Below, piece after piece: positions 8,062 through 18,743 of a stretch of 38,056 nucleotides of DNA (positions within the stretch are counted from its first letter, which is position 1; every line of letters starts with the position of its first letter). Source of the DNA: Bdellovibrionales bacterium (lineage in GTDB: Bacteria; Pseudomonadota; Alphaproteobacteria; UBA9219); the NCBI GenBank assembly GCA_050180745.1, contig JBFXDW010000002.1, forward strand, positions 1 to 38,056, in the 5' to 3' direction. A program made the position numbers and the translations under genes. The notes below the pieces were generated by a model that saw nothing but the letters and a program-made list of their open reading frames with translations, made no database searches and was not told the origin of the DNA.

Positions 8062-10191
8062 TCAGCCCCCTTGCAGCTTCAACAATGAGGCATAACGCCC
8101 ACCGGACTTAGACAACGTGTCATGCGTGCCGTCCTCCACAATCCGGCCTTTTTCTATTGTGATAATGCGGTCGCACTGCCTTACCGAAGAAAGGCGATGA
8201 GCAACGATCAACACTGTACGTCCCTTGACAATCAGACGCATGTTTTCTTGAATTATGCGCTCACTTTCATAATCAAGTGCGCTGGTCGCCTCATCAAAGA
8301 TCAAAATGCGCGGATCGGTGATCAGAGCGCGTGCAATGGCGATGCGTTGGCGCTGCCCACCGGAAAGGCTTGTCCCGCGCTCTTCCACAATCGTGTCGTA
8401 ACCTTGCGGCAACTCAAGAATAAACTCATGTGCGCCTGCCAATTTGGCGGCTTCGATCACACGCGGCATAGGGATGCCGGGATCGGCAAGCGCAATATTC
8501 TCACGGATCGAGCGATTGAAAAGGACGTTTTCTTGCAACACCACGCCAACTTGACGGCGCAGCCAGGAAACATCGACCATCGCCAGATCAACACCATCGA
8601 CAAGCACGCGACCAGACTCAGGGGTGTAAAGCCGCTGCACCAACTTGGCGAGTGTCGATTTGCCTGAGCCTGACGGCCCTACAATGCCGACAACTTGTCC
8701 TGTAGGAATGCTTAAATGCACGTCTTTCAATATCTCTTGCCCATTCAGCCTATAACGGAACGTCACATGTTCAAATGACACATCGCCCTTGATAGCAGGA
8801 AGTGCCGTGCGTCCGGGCGTAAAGGTCGGCTCGGGAACGGTGTTCAAAATATCGCCAAGCCGCTCAACAGAAAGACGCGCTTGATGAAAATCTTGCCAAA
8901 TTTGCGCAAGCCGCAACACAGGTTGGATCACATGCCCCGCCAGCATATTAAAGGCCACCAACTCACCGACGCTCATTCTGCCATCCATCACGGCTCCAGC
9001 ACCAAAAAACAGGATAGCCGCCGTTACAATCTTGCTAACCATCTGGACGCTTTGGCTGGCCCAATTAGCAAGGTTCATAACGCGAAAGCTGGCCTTCACG
9101 TATCCCGCTAATTGTTCTTCCCACCTACGTTGCATCTGCGGCTCAACTGCCATCGCCTTAAGCGTCTCGATCCCTGTGATACTTTCAACGAGGAAGGATT
9201 GGTTTTCTGCGCCGCGATTAAACTTCTCATCAAGGCGTTTCTTGAAAATGGGTGTGACCCCCGCCGAAATCGCAATAAAAAACGGGAACGAGGCCAGCAC
9301 AACAAACGTTAGAAACAAGGAATAATAGGCCATCACCCCCAGAAATACGAACGTGAAGAAAAGATCGATGACGAGCGTTAACGCCGAACTTGTCAAGAAA
9401 TTGCGGATATTCTCAAGCTCCCGCACACGTGCCACGCTATCGCCCGTGCGGCGAGCCTCGAAATAGGATATTGGCAGCGCGGCAAGATGCCGAAAAAGCC
9501 GCGCCCCCAATTCCACATCAATACGATTTGTCGTGTGAGAAAATACGTAAGTGCGCAACGCGCCAAGAACTGTTTCAAAAACGGCGACCGTGACAAGCCC
9601 AAAAACCAAAACATGCAAAGTGGAAAGACCGCGATGAACAAGAACCTTATCAATCACGACTTGAAAGAAAAGCGGAGAAATCAACGCAAACAGCTGAAGA
9701 AAAAACGAGGCGATTAAAACTTCGCTCAAAAGGCGCTTGTACTTCACCATGGCTTGCAAGAACCAGGTGACATCGAAGCGCCGGATCAACTCGCCAAGAC
9801 CAGCGCGGCGCGTCATCAAAACAAGTTGACCATTCCACTGCGCCTCTAATGCGTCACGCTTTATCATTTGAGGGCGTCCGATGAGCGGATCCTGTATAAG
9901 CGCTCCTTCCTCGGTCATTTTTCCAAGAATAAAGAACGTGCCATCGTGCCGCTGCGCAATGGCGGGCAGAGCGGTTTTCCCAAGACGCGCCCAATCGCTT
10001 TCAATCACGCGAGCCTTAAGATCAAGCTGCTTGGCACAACGCAATATCTCCGTTACACCGCAAACCGAGCCCCCCAGCTGATGCTGGATTTGTTGGGGGT
10101 CCGCCGCAATGCCGAGAAAACGCAACAACAAGATAAAAGAGACAAGTCCCGTATCGATTGAGTGCTCTGGCATCTGTGCTGCGTTATCCAT
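8062..10191 (-). CDS. HlyB-type T1SS ABC exporter (permease/ATPase) with degenerate C39-like N-terminal domain
   Basis: 709 aa. The N-terminal segment SIDTGLVSFILLLRFLG resembles the HlyB C39-like domain but has no Cys at the catalytic position. It has a six-helix ABC membrane domain, Walker A GPSGSGKST, signature LSGGQRQRIAIARAL and Walker B ILIFDEATSALD. Confidence 0.95.
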   Translation of the reverse strand: MDNAAQMPEHSIDTGLVSFILLLRFLGIAADPQQIQHQLGGSVCGVTEILRCAKQLDLKARVIESDWARLGKTALPAIAQRHDGTFFILGKMTEEGALIQDPLIGRPQMIKRDALEAQWNGQLVLMTRRAGLGELIRRFDVTWFLQAMVKYKRLLSEVLIASFFLQLFALISPLFFQVVIDKVLVHRGLSTLHVLVFGLVTVAVFETVLGALRTYVFSHTTNRIDVELGARLFRHLAALPISYFEARRTGDSVARVRELENIRNFLTSSALTLVIDLFFTFVFLGVMAYYSLFLTFVVLASFPFFIAISAGVTPIFKKRLDEKFNRGAENQSFLVESITGIETLKAMAVEPQMQRRWEEQLAGYVKASFRVMNLANWASQSVQMVSKIVTAAILFFGAGAVMDGRMSVGELVAFNMLAGHVIQPVLRLAQIWQDFHQARLSVERLGDILNTVPEPTFTPGRTALPAIKGDVSFEHVTFRYRLNGQEILKDVHLSIPTGQVVGIVGPSGSGKSTLAKLVQRLYTPESGRVLVDGVDLAMVDVSWLRRQVGVVLQENVLFNRSIRENIALADPGIPMPRVIEAAKLAGAHEFILELPQGYDTIVEERGTSLSGGQRQRIAIARALITDPRILIFDEATSALDYESERIIQENMRLIVKGRTVLIVAHRLSSVRQCDRIITIEKGRIVEDGTHDTLSKSGGRYASLLKLQGG

Positions 10192-10221
10192 ACTTATGTC
10201 CCTTTAAAAATCATCGACACT

Positions 10222-11601
10222 TTAATCACTCGCTTTACCAAAGCCGACCCATTTATTGCGAACATCGTCATAATTTTCTGATGGGTTATATAATGTCACG
10301 GGCAGTCGTAAATTCCGCGCCGTCAAGGAACCGATAGCTGACATCACTTGCAGGTGAGCTATGGCTTCATCATGCTCTGATCTAGCAAGGTTGATTTTGG
10401 CATTGAGCAACTCCTGCTCCGCATTCAAAACATCCAACGTTGTGCGTGTGCCGACTTTGGACTCTTCTTTGACTCCCTCAAGAGCCATTTCTGCGGCTTG
10501 AACCTCAACCTTATGCGCAGCAATCGCTGCGCGCGCGGTCATAAGATCCTGCCAACTTGTCATGCCGTTATCTCGCGCCTTACGGCGCACATCGTCCAGC
10601 TCCATACGTTTCTGCGTCTTTGCTTGGTAAGCTGCACGCGTTTTGGAATAATCTGCCCCTGCGCGGTAAAGAGGGACAGTAACCCGCGCCATAATCGAAG
10701 CCGTATCTTGCTTTCCTGGATATGTCGTATTCTGGTTCCATCCACGATTGGCATTGGCAACCAAACTTACTTCCGGCAGTAGACTGCCTTTCGCGGTTGA
10801 GATGTCCGCGTCAGCAACATCGACACCATAATTTGCCGCCAAAATACTTGGATTGTTCTTTTCAACGAGAGAAAGGGCGCCCTCCATCTCATTGGGTATT
10901 TCATACGTCATTTGAGGGAAAGATAGGGCGTGTGGCACCTCACCAATTAGCCTTAAAAACGCGGAACGTTTATTTGAAAGATCGCCCTCGGCCACAGCGC
11001 GCGAAGCTTTTGCAGCACTTAAACGCAATTCCGCTTGACTGACATCGGTCTTTTTAAGTTCTCCAACACGGAAACGGTCTGTCGTAGCCTCAAGCTGTTG
11101 AGACAAAACCCGCTCGTTCTCCTTGTTCATGCCAAGAACTTGCTGGGCAAGGACAACATCCAAATAAGTCTTTGCGGAATCAAAAAGGAGCTTCTGCTCA
11201 ACATCCATCAGCACAGCGCGTTGAGCAAGAACGGCCGCCTCGGAAGAGCGCACACTCGACGTCGTGCGAAACCCGCGAAAGATAGGTTGCGTAACCGTGA
11301 TACTCACATCGCGCGGGGAGAGGTTTGCTGAGGACGGTACGCCGACAACATCTTCCGAATTCTTCTGATAGGTCTTGCCCACCTCACCAACAGCGTCAAT
11401 GCTGGGGCGCCACCCGCTCAAGGCCTGAGAAACTTGTTCATCAATAGCGCGCAACTTCGCCTGCTCGGCTTTTAATCCGGGATTATTTTGGTAAGATAGA
11501 GCAAGCGCTTCCTCCAAGGTTTGGGCTTGCACAACAGATGGCATAAACAACGAAACTGATAGAAATATGCCTATCTCAAAAAATATCACTACTCTGCTCA
11601 T
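10222..11601 (-). CDS. TolC-family type I secretion outer membrane protein
   Basis: Track ORF 10222..11610 (TTG start). The ATG at 11601 gives MSRVVIFFEIGIFLSVSLFMPSVVQA, a signal peptide, followed by QTLEEALALSYQNNPGLKAEQ, which is typical of TolC/OEP N-termini. The protein has two OEP repeats. It lies directly upstream of the ABC gene. Confidence 0.9.
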   Translation of the reverse strand: MSRVVIFFEIGIFLSVSLFMPSVVQAQTLEEALALSYQNNPGLKAEQAKLRAIDEQVSQALSGWRPSIDAVGEVGKTYQKNSEDVVGVPSSANLSPRDVSITVTQPIFRGFRTTSSVRSSEAAVLAQRAVLMDVEQKLLFDSAKTYLDVVLAQQVLGMNKENERVLSQQLEATTDRFRVGELKKTDVSQAELRLSAAKASRAVAEGDLSNKRSAFLRLIGEVPHALSFPQMTYEIPNEMEGALSLVEKNNPSILAANYGVDVADADISTAKGSLLPEVSLVANANRGWNQNTTYPGKQDTASIMARVTVPLYRAGADYSKTRAAYQAKTQKRMELDDVRRKARDNGMTSWQDLMTARAAIAAHKVEVQAAEMALEGVKEESKVGTRTTLDVLNAEQELLNAKINLARSEHDEAIAHLQVMSAIGSLTARNLRLPVTLYNPSENYDDVRNKWVGFGKASD

Positions 11602-11800
11602 CGTACCCAAGTCCTTTCAACGGGAGTCCATGAAGGCTCAAAGGACTCATAAAACATTTCACGACAATTACCCAAATCAATTATGAACCGCTCTGAAGTT
11701 AACTATGATCGAGACATCATCTCACCCTCTTTTCCATGCAAAATCGCGTCACTTACTGATACGTGGCGAAGGCCTTTTGTTGACATAGTGTTGACATAAA

Positions 11801-11830
11801 GAAAGGGCGGGGTTTGATCCCCGCCCTTTC
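11801..11830 (-). terminator. Rho-independent-type hairpin downstream of tRNA-Arg(TCT)
   Basis: GAAAGGGCGGGG-tttgat-CCCCGCCCTTTC forms a stem of at least 11 bp. A T-rich tail (TTTAT) follows on the minus strand. Confidence 0.6.
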
Positions 11831-11863
11831 GTTTCAGCATCAATTTGATACTGCTGGATAAAT

Positions 11864-11940
11864 TGGTGCGCCCTAGAGGATTCGAACCTCTGACCTACTG
11901 CTTAGAAGGCAGTTGCTCTATCCAGCTGAGCTAAGGGCGC
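11864..11940 (-). tRNA. tRNA-Arg (anticodon TCT)
   Basis: The reverse complement GCGCCCTTAGCTCAGCTGGATAGAGCAACTGCCTTCTAAGCAGTAGGTCAGAGGTTCGAATCCTCTAGGGCGCACCA folds as a full cloverleaf. The anticodon loop is CTTCTAA and the CCA end is encoded. Confidence 0.95.
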
Positions 11941-11973
11941 ATACTAGGAAAACGTCATTATAAGACAGTTTTT

Positions 11974-12300
11974 CTAATAATTCCTTTCTAAATAAAAGGC
12001 TAGCCCTAAAATATCCCCTTTTTCCTTAAAGTTCTCTCTCAACAGGACCTCAACCCCATGTGAAGCTGGGGAAACACTATCAATAACGCTGTCATGATAA
12101 TCCTTTTGGTTCCGCCTTTGCTCCAAGCTATGCCACGCCTGTTCATGAAAAAAGAAGGCCACAGTTTGCACACAAGGCTCAATCAGCCCAATAGCCGAAG
12201 CAACCTCCCAACGACCGCTCAACGCATAAGCCACAAGAATAGCCAAACTCATATGCATGAACGCATAACTGATCGTTTTATATAACGTTTTGTTAAACAT
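11974..12300 (-). CDS. Small membrane protein, DUF2061-like
   Basis: 108 aa. KTLYKTISYAFMHMSLAILVAYALSG...AFFFHEQAWH matches my memory of the DUF2061 pattern (two TM helices, HE..W). Confidence 0.55.
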   Translation of the reverse strand: MFNKTLYKTISYAFMHMSLAILVAYALSGRWEVASAIGLIEPCVQTVAFFFHEQAWHSLEQRRNQKDYHDSVIDSVSPASHGVEVLLRENFKEKGDILGLAFYLERNY

Positions 12301-12359
12301 ATTACCCGACTCTCTTGTTTTCCACCATTCACAGAAACTTTATTGGGAAGAGACCTCGC

Positions 12360-13130
12360 ATGGAAGTTATTTCTTTTGGCACAGCTAAGGAACATACACA
12401 CCCTCTTTTGTTTGTTCATGGGTCCTATTGCGCGGCATGGATATGGGAGCGTTACTTCCTTCCCTATTTTGCAGAGCATGGATTTCATGGTGCCGCAATT
12501 TCCTTACGAGGGCATGGGCAGACAAGTAATAATGCTTATGTAGATCATTATGGAATTCAAGATTTCCTTGAAGACATTGACCAAGGCACAAAACTCTTCA
12601 ACAAACCACCCATTCTGATAGGCCATTCTTTAGGCGGATATCTAGTCCAACGTTATGCCCTTACCCATGAAGTTAGAGGCATGGCTTTGCTGGCATCGCC
12701 CTCATTATCGGGACTTGGCACATCATCGCAACACATCCTTACCAACAATCCCCTCTTGTCCTTTCAGCTAGGAATGCTGATGCTCTTGGGGCCCTTATAT
12801 GTAGATCAAAACATCATCGGAAGATCCCTTTTCTTGCATGATATCCCCGAAGAAGAATACGAATTTTTAGCATCTCACTTTCAAAGAGAATCCTCCCGCG
12901 TGACCCAAGAAGCCTTCTTGCCCTGCCTTCTTCATCCACAGCATATACCGCCGACTCTTGTGCTTGGCGGTGCAAGCGATGCATTTATTCCCGAAAGCGA
13001 CCTACATCAAGCCGCGCAAACATGGAACGCCGAGCTTAAAATCATGGATCATGTCCCGCATGGCCTCATGATCGACCCCTGCTGGCCCAAAGTCGCGGAT
13101 GTAGTGAAGACGTGGCTGGAAGGGATTTGA
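12360..13130 (+). CDS. Alpha/beta-fold hydrolase
   Basis: The track ORF starts at TTG 12315. I prefer the ATG at 12360 (MEVISFG), which has GGAAGAG upstream. It carries LLFVHGSYC (oxyanion region) and the nucleophile elbow IGHSLGGYL. Confidence 0.85.
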   Translation: MEVISFGTAKEHTHPLLFVHGSYCAAWIWERYFLPYFAEHGFHGAAISLRGHGQTSNNAYVDHYGIQDFLEDIDQGTKLFNKPPILIGHSLGGYLVQRYALTHEVRGMALLASPSLSGLGTSSQHILTNNPLLSFQLGMLMLLGPLYVDQNIIGRSLFLHDIPEEEYEFLASHFQRESSRVTQEAFLPCLLHPQHIPPTLVLGGASDAFIPESDLHQAAQTWNAELKIMDHVPHGLMIDPCWPKVADVVKTWLEGI

Positions 13131-13296
13131 GGATTCAGCATTCAGGATTCAGGGGGGCTTCCTGTTTCTTTCTTTCCTGAACCTCAAACACATCTCCGTC
13201 ATAACGAGGAACGGTGTGAGTGGTTAGAAGAGAAACGTATAGCTGATCCAATATAAAGGAAAGCGCCCCCAATCCCTAACCCCTGATCCCCGAATC
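13131..13296. repeat. Fold-back repeat element filling the hydrolase/lepA convergent spacer (short family member)
   Basis: The left arm GGATTCA-GCATTCA-GGATTCA-GGGGGGCTTCCTGTTTCTTTCT (13131-13173) and the right arm (13263-13296, reverse complement GATTCGG-GGATCAG-GGGTTAG-GGATTGG-GGGC) are inverted degenerate heptamer arrays. The same left arm recurs at 15136-15186. Confidence 0.6.
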
Positions 13297-15101
13297 TAAT
13301 CCCCGTCCATCTTCAGCGCCGCGATAAAGGCTGATTGCGGGATTTCAACTTGCCCGAATTGGCGCATGCGCTTCTTACCCTTCTTTTGCTTCTCCAAAAG
13401 CTTTCGTTTCCGCGTAATGTCGCCGCCATAACACTTGGCTGTCACATCCTTGCGCAGAGCCGAAACCGTTTCCCGCGCAATAACCTTGCCGCCAATCGCC
13501 GCTTGGATAGCAATCTTGAAAAGCTGCCGTGGGATAAGCCCCTTGAGTCGTTCACAGAAGGCCCTGCCCCGCTGCTCGGCTCCAGAGCGATTTACCACGC
13601 AAGCCAACGCATCCACAGGCTCACCATTCACTAAAATATTCATCAGCACCAGATCGCCCTGTTGATAGCCATCAAGTGCATAATCAAAGCTGGCATAACC
13701 ACGTGAGATTGATTTTAGCCGATCATAAAAATCAAACACGATCTCATTCAGCGGCAAGCGGTAAATCAGCATGGCGCGGGCACCAACGTAAGTAAGCTCT
13801 ATCTGCTCACCACGCCGATCATTGCAAAGAGTCAAAATCGGCCCCAGATAATCATCAGGAGTCATAATCGTGGCCTTAATCCATGGCTCGTCTATGTGGT
13901 CTATTTTGACCACATCAGGCATATCGACAGGATTGTGAAGATCAATCTTCTTCCCATCTGTTTTATGGACATGATAAATCACGGAAGGAGCCGTTGTGAT
14001 GAGATCCAAATTGAACTCACGCTCAAGCCTCTCTTGAATAATCTCAAGATGAAGCAAGCCCAAAAAGCCACAGCGGAATCCAAGCCCCAACGCCGCCGAT
14101 GTTTCGGCTTCAAACTGGAAGCTAGCGTCGTTAAGCGCCAGCTTCCCCAAAGAATCGCGAAGCTGATCATAATCGGCCGCATCAATCGGAAAAAGGCCAC
14201 AGAATACAACCGGAATGGATGGCTTAAACCCAGCCAACGGAACATCCGCAGGGCGTGCGTCCAGCGTGATTGTATCACCAACTTTAGTATCACTGATTTG
14301 CTTAATGCCTGCCGTGATAAACCCTATCTCACCGGCATTCAGCTCTTTGACTTCCACCTTTTTCGGCGTAAAGACGCCCACGCGATCAACCTCACGTGCT
14401 GCACCAGTTGCCATAAAACGGATCTTTTGGCCTCTTTTAATTTGTCCTTCCACCACACGAAGCAAAATCACGACACCAAGATAAGAATCATACCAGCTAT
14501 CAACCAGCAGAGCCTTAAGCGGCACCTCAGACGCGCTGGGCTTAGGAGGAGGCAAGCGATGAACAATAGCCTCAAGCACATCCTCAACGCCCAGCCCTGT
14601 CTTAGCCGAGATCATAATCGCATCTGAGGCATCAAGACCGATCACATCCTCAATCTGCTGTTTAACACGCTCTGGTTCAGCTGCGGGAAGATCTATCTTG
14701 TTCAGAACAGGAACAATCTCGTGGTTATTATCAATCGCCTGATACACATTAGCCAGCGTTTGAGCCTCGACCCCTTGCGAGGCATCCACCACCAAGATCG
14801 AGCCCTCGCACGCAGCCAGAGAACGGCTCACCTCATACGAGAAATCCACATGCCCCGGCGTATCCATCAGATTGAGCTGATAGGTCTGTCCATCTTTAGC
14901 CGTGTACATAAGACGGACGGTTTGTGATTTGATCGTAATCCCGCGCTCACGTTCAATGTCCATATTATCGAGCATTTGTTCTTTAAGCTCGCGCAGCTCC
15001 ACACCACCACAGAACTGTATCAGACGATCTGCAAGCGTCGATTTGCCATGGTCAATATGAGCAACAATAGAGAAGTTTCGGATATGAGCTGTATTGGACA
15101 T
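13296..15101 (-). CDS. lepA: Translation elongation factor 4 (LepA)
   Basis: 601 aa with [18 protein letters not shown] (G1), DTPGHVDF (G3) and LNKIDL (G4). The LepA-specific C-terminal region is conserved. Confidence 0.97.
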   Translation of the reverse strand: MSNTAHIRNFSIVAHIDHGKSTLADRLIQFCGGVELRELKEQMLDNMDIERERGITIKSQTVRLMYTAKDGQTYQLNLMDTPGHVDFSYEVSRSLAACEGSILVVDASQGVEAQTLANVYQAIDNNHEIVPVLNKIDLPAAEPERVKQQIEDVIGLDASDAIMISAKTGLGVEDVLEAIVHRLPPPKPSASEVPLKALLVDSWYDSYLGVVILLRVVEGQIKRGQKIRFMATGAAREVDRVGVFTPKKVEVKELNAGEIGFITAGIKQISDTKVGDTITLDARPADVPLAGFKPSIPVVFCGLFPIDAADYDQLRDSLGKLALNDASFQFEAETSAALGLGFRCGFLGLLHLEIIQERLEREFNLDLITTAPSVIYHVHKTDGKKIDLHNPVDMPDVVKIDHIDEPWIKATIMTPDDYLGPILTLCNDRRGEQIELTYVGARAMLIYRLPLNEIVFDFYDRLKSISRGYASFDYALDGYQQGDLVLMNILVNGEPVDALACVVNRSGAEQRGRAFCERLKGLIPRQLFKIAIQAAIGGKVIARETVSALRKDVTAKCYGGDITRKRKLLEKQKKGKKRMRQFGQVEIPQSAFIAALKMDGD

Positions 15102-15135
15102 TGGGTTATCGTTTTATAAGTAAGGTTATAAAAAA

Positions 15136-15776
15136 AGGATTCAGGATTCAGCATTTAGGATTCAGGGAGGCTTCCTGTTTCTTTCTCCCCCAGTCTTTCA
15201 CACCCTTTCCGTCATGCCAGTACCCGCCTTCGCGAGCACAGGCTCCGGCTGAAATCTCATTTTCTTATGTCCGAAAATTGAAAGGAAAGCAAATGTTACA
15301 CGTTTCGGAACTTACCACCCTTCAAAATTCAAGAAACTGTTTAGAGCTTCCAATACCGTTCGGTTTCTCCCCGTCTCGTCATTCCGGCCCATCTGAGCGT
15401 AGCGAAGATGTGAGCCGGAATCCATCTCCTTATGCTGCATTTATGAAGTTTCATTGCTATTTTAGGAGATGGATGCCGGATCATCACTCACCTGCCTACT
15501 CGCTGACAGCATTGTCAGTCAAATTGAAAAAACGATGTTTCTTTCAGCGAGTGGCAGGTTCGCTTGTCCGGCATGACGACTGGTGCTGTAGCTGGTCACA
15601 AAAAATTGAAGGATGGTAAGGTTTCGGAACTACCAAAAGGGATTCCGGACTCTATTTTCTTTCGCATTGCTATCGCAAAACGAAGAGAAAATGTCTCCGG
15701 AATGACGGGGAAATTTTAGAGGACAAAGGAAGAAATGCAAAAATCAAGCCTCCCTGAATCCCGAATCCTAAATCCT
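15136..15776. repeat. Repeat-dense spacer: long fold-back element with nested palindromes between lepA and ftsZ
   Basis: The terminal inverted heptamer arrays are AGGATTC x5 (15136-15170) and CCTCCCTGAATCCCGAATCCTAAATCCT (15749-15776). Internal inverted pairs include CGTCATGCCAG (15210-15220) with CCGGCATGACG (15568-15578), and CGTCATTCCGG (15377-15387) with CCGGAATGACG (15697-15707). GCCGGAATCCATCTCC lies at 15414-15429. GTTTCGGAACT(T)ACCA is directly repeated at 15302-15317 and 15620-15634. Confidence 0.65.
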
Positions 15777-15779
15777 CAC

Positions 15780-17639
15780 TTAATGGTTACTCTGCCGCCG
15801 CAGGAAAGCTGGGATATCGAGCTGGTCAGCCTCATTATTCGAAGACGAAACAGACCTATCCTCCGGCTCAACACCCAGCTTGGCATCCACAGCAGCCTGA
15901 GCCTCGCGATCAATTTCTTGGCCTACATCTTCCTCTTCATCCAAATCATCCTCCTGAGCCGAAGGACGAATGAGCCCAAACCCCGTAATACGCTGAAAGA
16001 GCGACTGAGAACGAGAAGCGATGGTCTTTCCTGATTTTGATGAAGATGCCGTGAGCTGTGTCACGCGCATATCATCATCATCAACACGATCATGAGCACG
16101 CCCAGCAGGAGCTGTCCTTTGCCGCTCAGCTTGCTGCACAACAGGCTGGATTTCACGAACCGGAAGCACCTTCACAGTCTTGGGAGCTACTTCAACTTGT
16201 TCTACAACTTCTAAAATTTCCTCATCCCGCTCTGACCTATCTGGAATCTGCGCTGTGGAAGAGCGAATATCTTGCTGCGATGAAAGAGGCCGAACCATTG
16301 GCTTCTCCTGAGAAGCCTTGCTCATCGAACTTGCGTTTACTGAAACCGTACTGCTAGAAGCTACTGGATCTGCCATTTTTTGTGTCATAGTCTTAGGTGT
16401 CACAGAAGCTGGCATAGAGAAATAATTAGCAGGATTTCCTGCAACCGTCGTCTTCGCCTGTGCTGGCGCCGGAGATTGTTTTTGCACCGGAGCTTTAGCC
16501 GTTACAGGCGATGCCTTTTTGCTTGGAGCCGTCTCCATCACACGCACCGGAGATTTTTCGATTTTCTCAGACATAAGTGGCGCGACATGTTGTGTTGCCG
16601 TTGCCGTTGCCGTCGTTGTCGTTAGTCTGCGACCTTCTTCGGTACGCCCCGCAGCACCACGAGCGATAGCTTCGTCAGCATCAATACCCGTAGCAATAAC
16701 AGACACGCGAATACGCCCATCCATATTCTCACCCAAGGTTGACCCAACTTTGGTTTGCGCCTCGGCATCAACCTCTTCACGAATCCGATTGGCGGCCTGA
16801 TCAACCTCAAAGAGCGTCATATCCATACCACCCGTGATATTGATCAGAACACCACGCGCGCCCTTCATCGAGATATCATCCAGAAGAGGATTAGAAATAG
16901 CCGCTTCCGCCGCACAAATGGCGCGGTTTTCGCCTTCGGCCTCACCTGTGCCCATCATGGCTTTGCCCATCTCGCCCATAACCGTTTTCACGTCAGCAAA
17001 ATCAAGGTTCATAAAGCCGGGCATTACCATCAAATCCGTGATGCCACGCACGCCAGAATGCAAAACTTCATCCGCCAAGCGGAAAGCCTCAGCAAATGTC
17101 GTACGCTCATTAGCAATACGGAAGAGGTTTTGGTTAGGAATAACAATCAGCGTATCGACGTATTTCTGAAGTTCTTCAATACCGCCTTCAGCTTGACGCA
17201 TACGATGCGTGCCTTCGAAATGGAAAGGCTTTGTCACAACACCGACGGTCAATATCCCGCTTTCACGTGCCGCACGAGCAATAACAGGAGCCGCACCCGT
17301 ACCCGTACCACCGCCCATGCCCGCCGTAACAAAGAGCATGTCTGAGCCTTCCAGCACAGACATAATGTCGGCCATTGTTTCTTCAGCCGCTGAGCGCCCA
17401 ACATCAGGCTTAGACCCTGCGCCAAGACCACGAGACAGATTCGCACCAAGTTGGATCTTCCGCTCAGCCAAGGACAAAGACAGTGCCTGCGCATCTGTGT
17501 TGGCTGCAACAAAATCGCACCCCTCTAAATTCGAACTGATCATGTTATTGATCGCGTTCGTACCACCGCCGCCAACACCAATAACGGTGATGCGCGGGCG
17601 CAGCATATTTTCAGGGTCAGCCATTGACAGATTAATCAT
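15780..17639 (-). CDS. ftsZ: Cell division protein FtsZ (long-linker form)
   Basis: The track ORF starts at TTG 17666. The ATG at 17639 is preceded by AAGGAG with a 9-nt spacer. It carries [15 protein letters not shown] and the tubulin signature [13 protein letters not shown], a ~250-aa low-complexity linker, and the conserved C-terminal peptide [10 protein letters not shown]. Confidence 0.97.
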   Translation of the reverse strand: MINLSMADPENMLRPRITVIGVGGGGTNAINNMISSNLEGCDFVAANTDAQALSLSLAERKIQLGANLSRGLGAGSKPDVGRSAAEETMADIMSVLEGSDMLFVTAGMGGGTGTGAAPVIARAARESGILTVGVVTKPFHFEGTHRMRQAEGGIEELQKYVDTLIVIPNQNLFRIANERTTFAEAFRLADEVLHSGVRGITDLMVMPGFMNLDFADVKTVMGEMGKAMMGTGEAEGENRAICAAEAAISNPLLDDISMKGARGVLINITGGMDMTLFEVDQAANRIREEVDAEAQTKVGSTLGENMDGRIRVSVIATGIDADEAIARGAAGRTEEGRRLTTTTATATATQHVAPLMSEKIEKSPVRVMETAPSKKASPVTAKAPVQKQSPAPAQAKTTVAGNPANYFSMPASVTPKTMTQKMADPVASSSTVSVNASSMSKASQEKPMVRPLSSQQDIRSSTAQIPDRSERDEEILEVVEQVEVAPKTVKVLPVREIQPVVQQAERQRTAPAGRAHDRVDDDDMRVTQLTASSSKSGKTIASRSQSLFQRITGFGLIRPSAQEDDLDEEEDVGQEIDREAQAAVDAKLGVEPEDRSVSSSNNEADQLDIPAFLRRQSNH

Positions 17640-17866
17640 ATGTCTTGTCTCCTTCAAGGACAGCAAGCGAATCCAAACATACTCACAATATCAACCTTTT
17701 CGCTTGATTCGCGCAAGTGTTAAAGGAAGTTTGTATAAAGAGATTCAGCGCGTTAGAACAAATCACACCATTCCTCAGCACTAAAAAACGCGCTTTTTAG
17801 GCTCATTCCAATGAGTTAGGGATAAAAGTGAAAGTGAAGAATGAAGGAAGCGGAAAAAACACAGAT

Positions 17867-17902
17867 AAAAAAGGGCCCCTCATATGAGAAACCCTTTTTT
17901 TT
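17867..17902 (-). terminator. Weak A/T-flanked hairpin downstream of the first PEP-CTERM-like gene
   Basis: AAAAAAGGG-ccc-CTC-atat-GAG-aaa-CCCTTTTTTTT. The stem is interrupted, so this is only a candidate bidirectional terminator. Confidence 0.3.
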
Positions 17903-17927
17903 ACAAAACATAATAAGATGCACAAAT

Positions 17928-18743
17928 CTAAGCTGCAGGCTTATATTCGCTCCCACGACCTCTCATCCAGTTCATTTTTTTCGCGATCCAACTACGCGCC
18001 CCCTTTGAATCAGGCTGACGAGTAGATTGCGGAGTCGATTTTCGTGCCGCACGAGCCTCTTTCTTTTTCGCAGCAACATGCATTCTCTGCAACTGCATCG
18101 AAGCCCGTGCTTGCGCTTCCTCAGGAGTCTCGTGAGAAGTAGGGCCAAACCCCTTTCTTCCCAATGCAGCAACCCCCAAAAGACCAAAACCAACCAACAC
18201 CATCGTACTTGGTTCAGGGCAATGATGTCCACTCCATGTTCCAGACTCGGAAGCTTCATAGAAACCAACTGAAGGAATGTAAAGGGAGAGATCGTCACTA
18301 CCCGAAGATCCTGATAAAGAAAAACGTAGACCATCAGCAGTCTTGAGAACTATGTTTCCTCCCGTTACAACACCAGAATCCAGCGTTACACAATCGTATA
18401 AATCAAGAGTCGCCAAGTCTACGTTGTCGGAATTTATTGTCCAAGAGCTTCCATTTGTAGAGCTTCCATTTGTAGAGGTTACATCAATCGACCAATCGTT
18501 CCAGTCAGACACATAAGACGTACCAGAGGTACCATCAAGGTTCAGATCCGCATTCAGAGTCACTTCAGCAACATCAAGACCAAGCAAGTTATCCAAACTA
18601 CCATTCGTGTAGTTAATTTTATAGTGGTCAGCAAACGCAGGAAGAACAGATCCCGCAACCAACAGCGTCGTTGCTGCAACCGCAGCAATAGCCTTCCGAG
18701 GACGACTCAACAAGGCTTTTGCCGCCTTTTTAAACATAGACAT
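17928..18743 (-). CDS. Secreted protein with PEP-CTERM-like anchor plus 74-aa basic C-terminal tail
   Basis: 271 aa. The N-terminus MSMFKKAAKALLSRPRKAIAAVAATTLLVAGSVLPAFA is a signal-like region. A Ser/Thr/Asn/Gly-rich body follows. CPEPSTMVLVGFGLLGVAALGRK at ~18153-18218 matches PEP + TM + basic cluster, followed by a Lys/Arg-rich tail ending KPAA. Confidence 0.7.
   Translation of the reverse strand: MSMFKKAAKALLSRPRKAIAAVAATTLLVAGSVLPAFADHYKINYTNGSLDNLLGLDVAEVTLNADLNLDGTSGTSYVSDWNDWSIDVTSTNGSSTNGSSWTINSDNVDLATLDLYDCVTLDSGVVTGGNIVLKTADGLRFSLSGSSGSDDLSLYIPSVGFYEASESGTWSGHHCPEPSTMVLVGFGLLGVAALGRKGFGPTSHETPEEAQARASMQLQRMHVAAKKKEARAARKSTPQSTRQPDSKGARSWIAKKMNWMRGRGSEYKPAA

Noticed and set aside
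13896-14627. 243-aa ORF antisense to lepA
   Set aside because: It lies entirely inside the strongly supported lepA CDS on the opposite strand. It is Arg/Lys/Cys-rich antisense translation. The same reasoning applies to 8122..8667 (inside the ABC exporter), 16755..17345 and 17209..17784 (inside ftsZ), 23379..23855 (inside cysS) and 33426..33926 (inside the Cys-rich pilin gene).
15136-15170. Heptamer array as a CRISPR or coding tandem repeat
   Set aside because: The units are 7 nt with no spacers, and the array is mirrored by an inverted copy 600 bp away. This is a fold-back repeat arm, not a CRISPR array.
15101-15619. 172-aa plus-strand ORF between lepA and ftsZ
   Set aside because: It is a read-through of heptamer arrays and nested palindromic repeats. 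It has no RBS, no domain-like sequence, and a composition typical of translated repeats.
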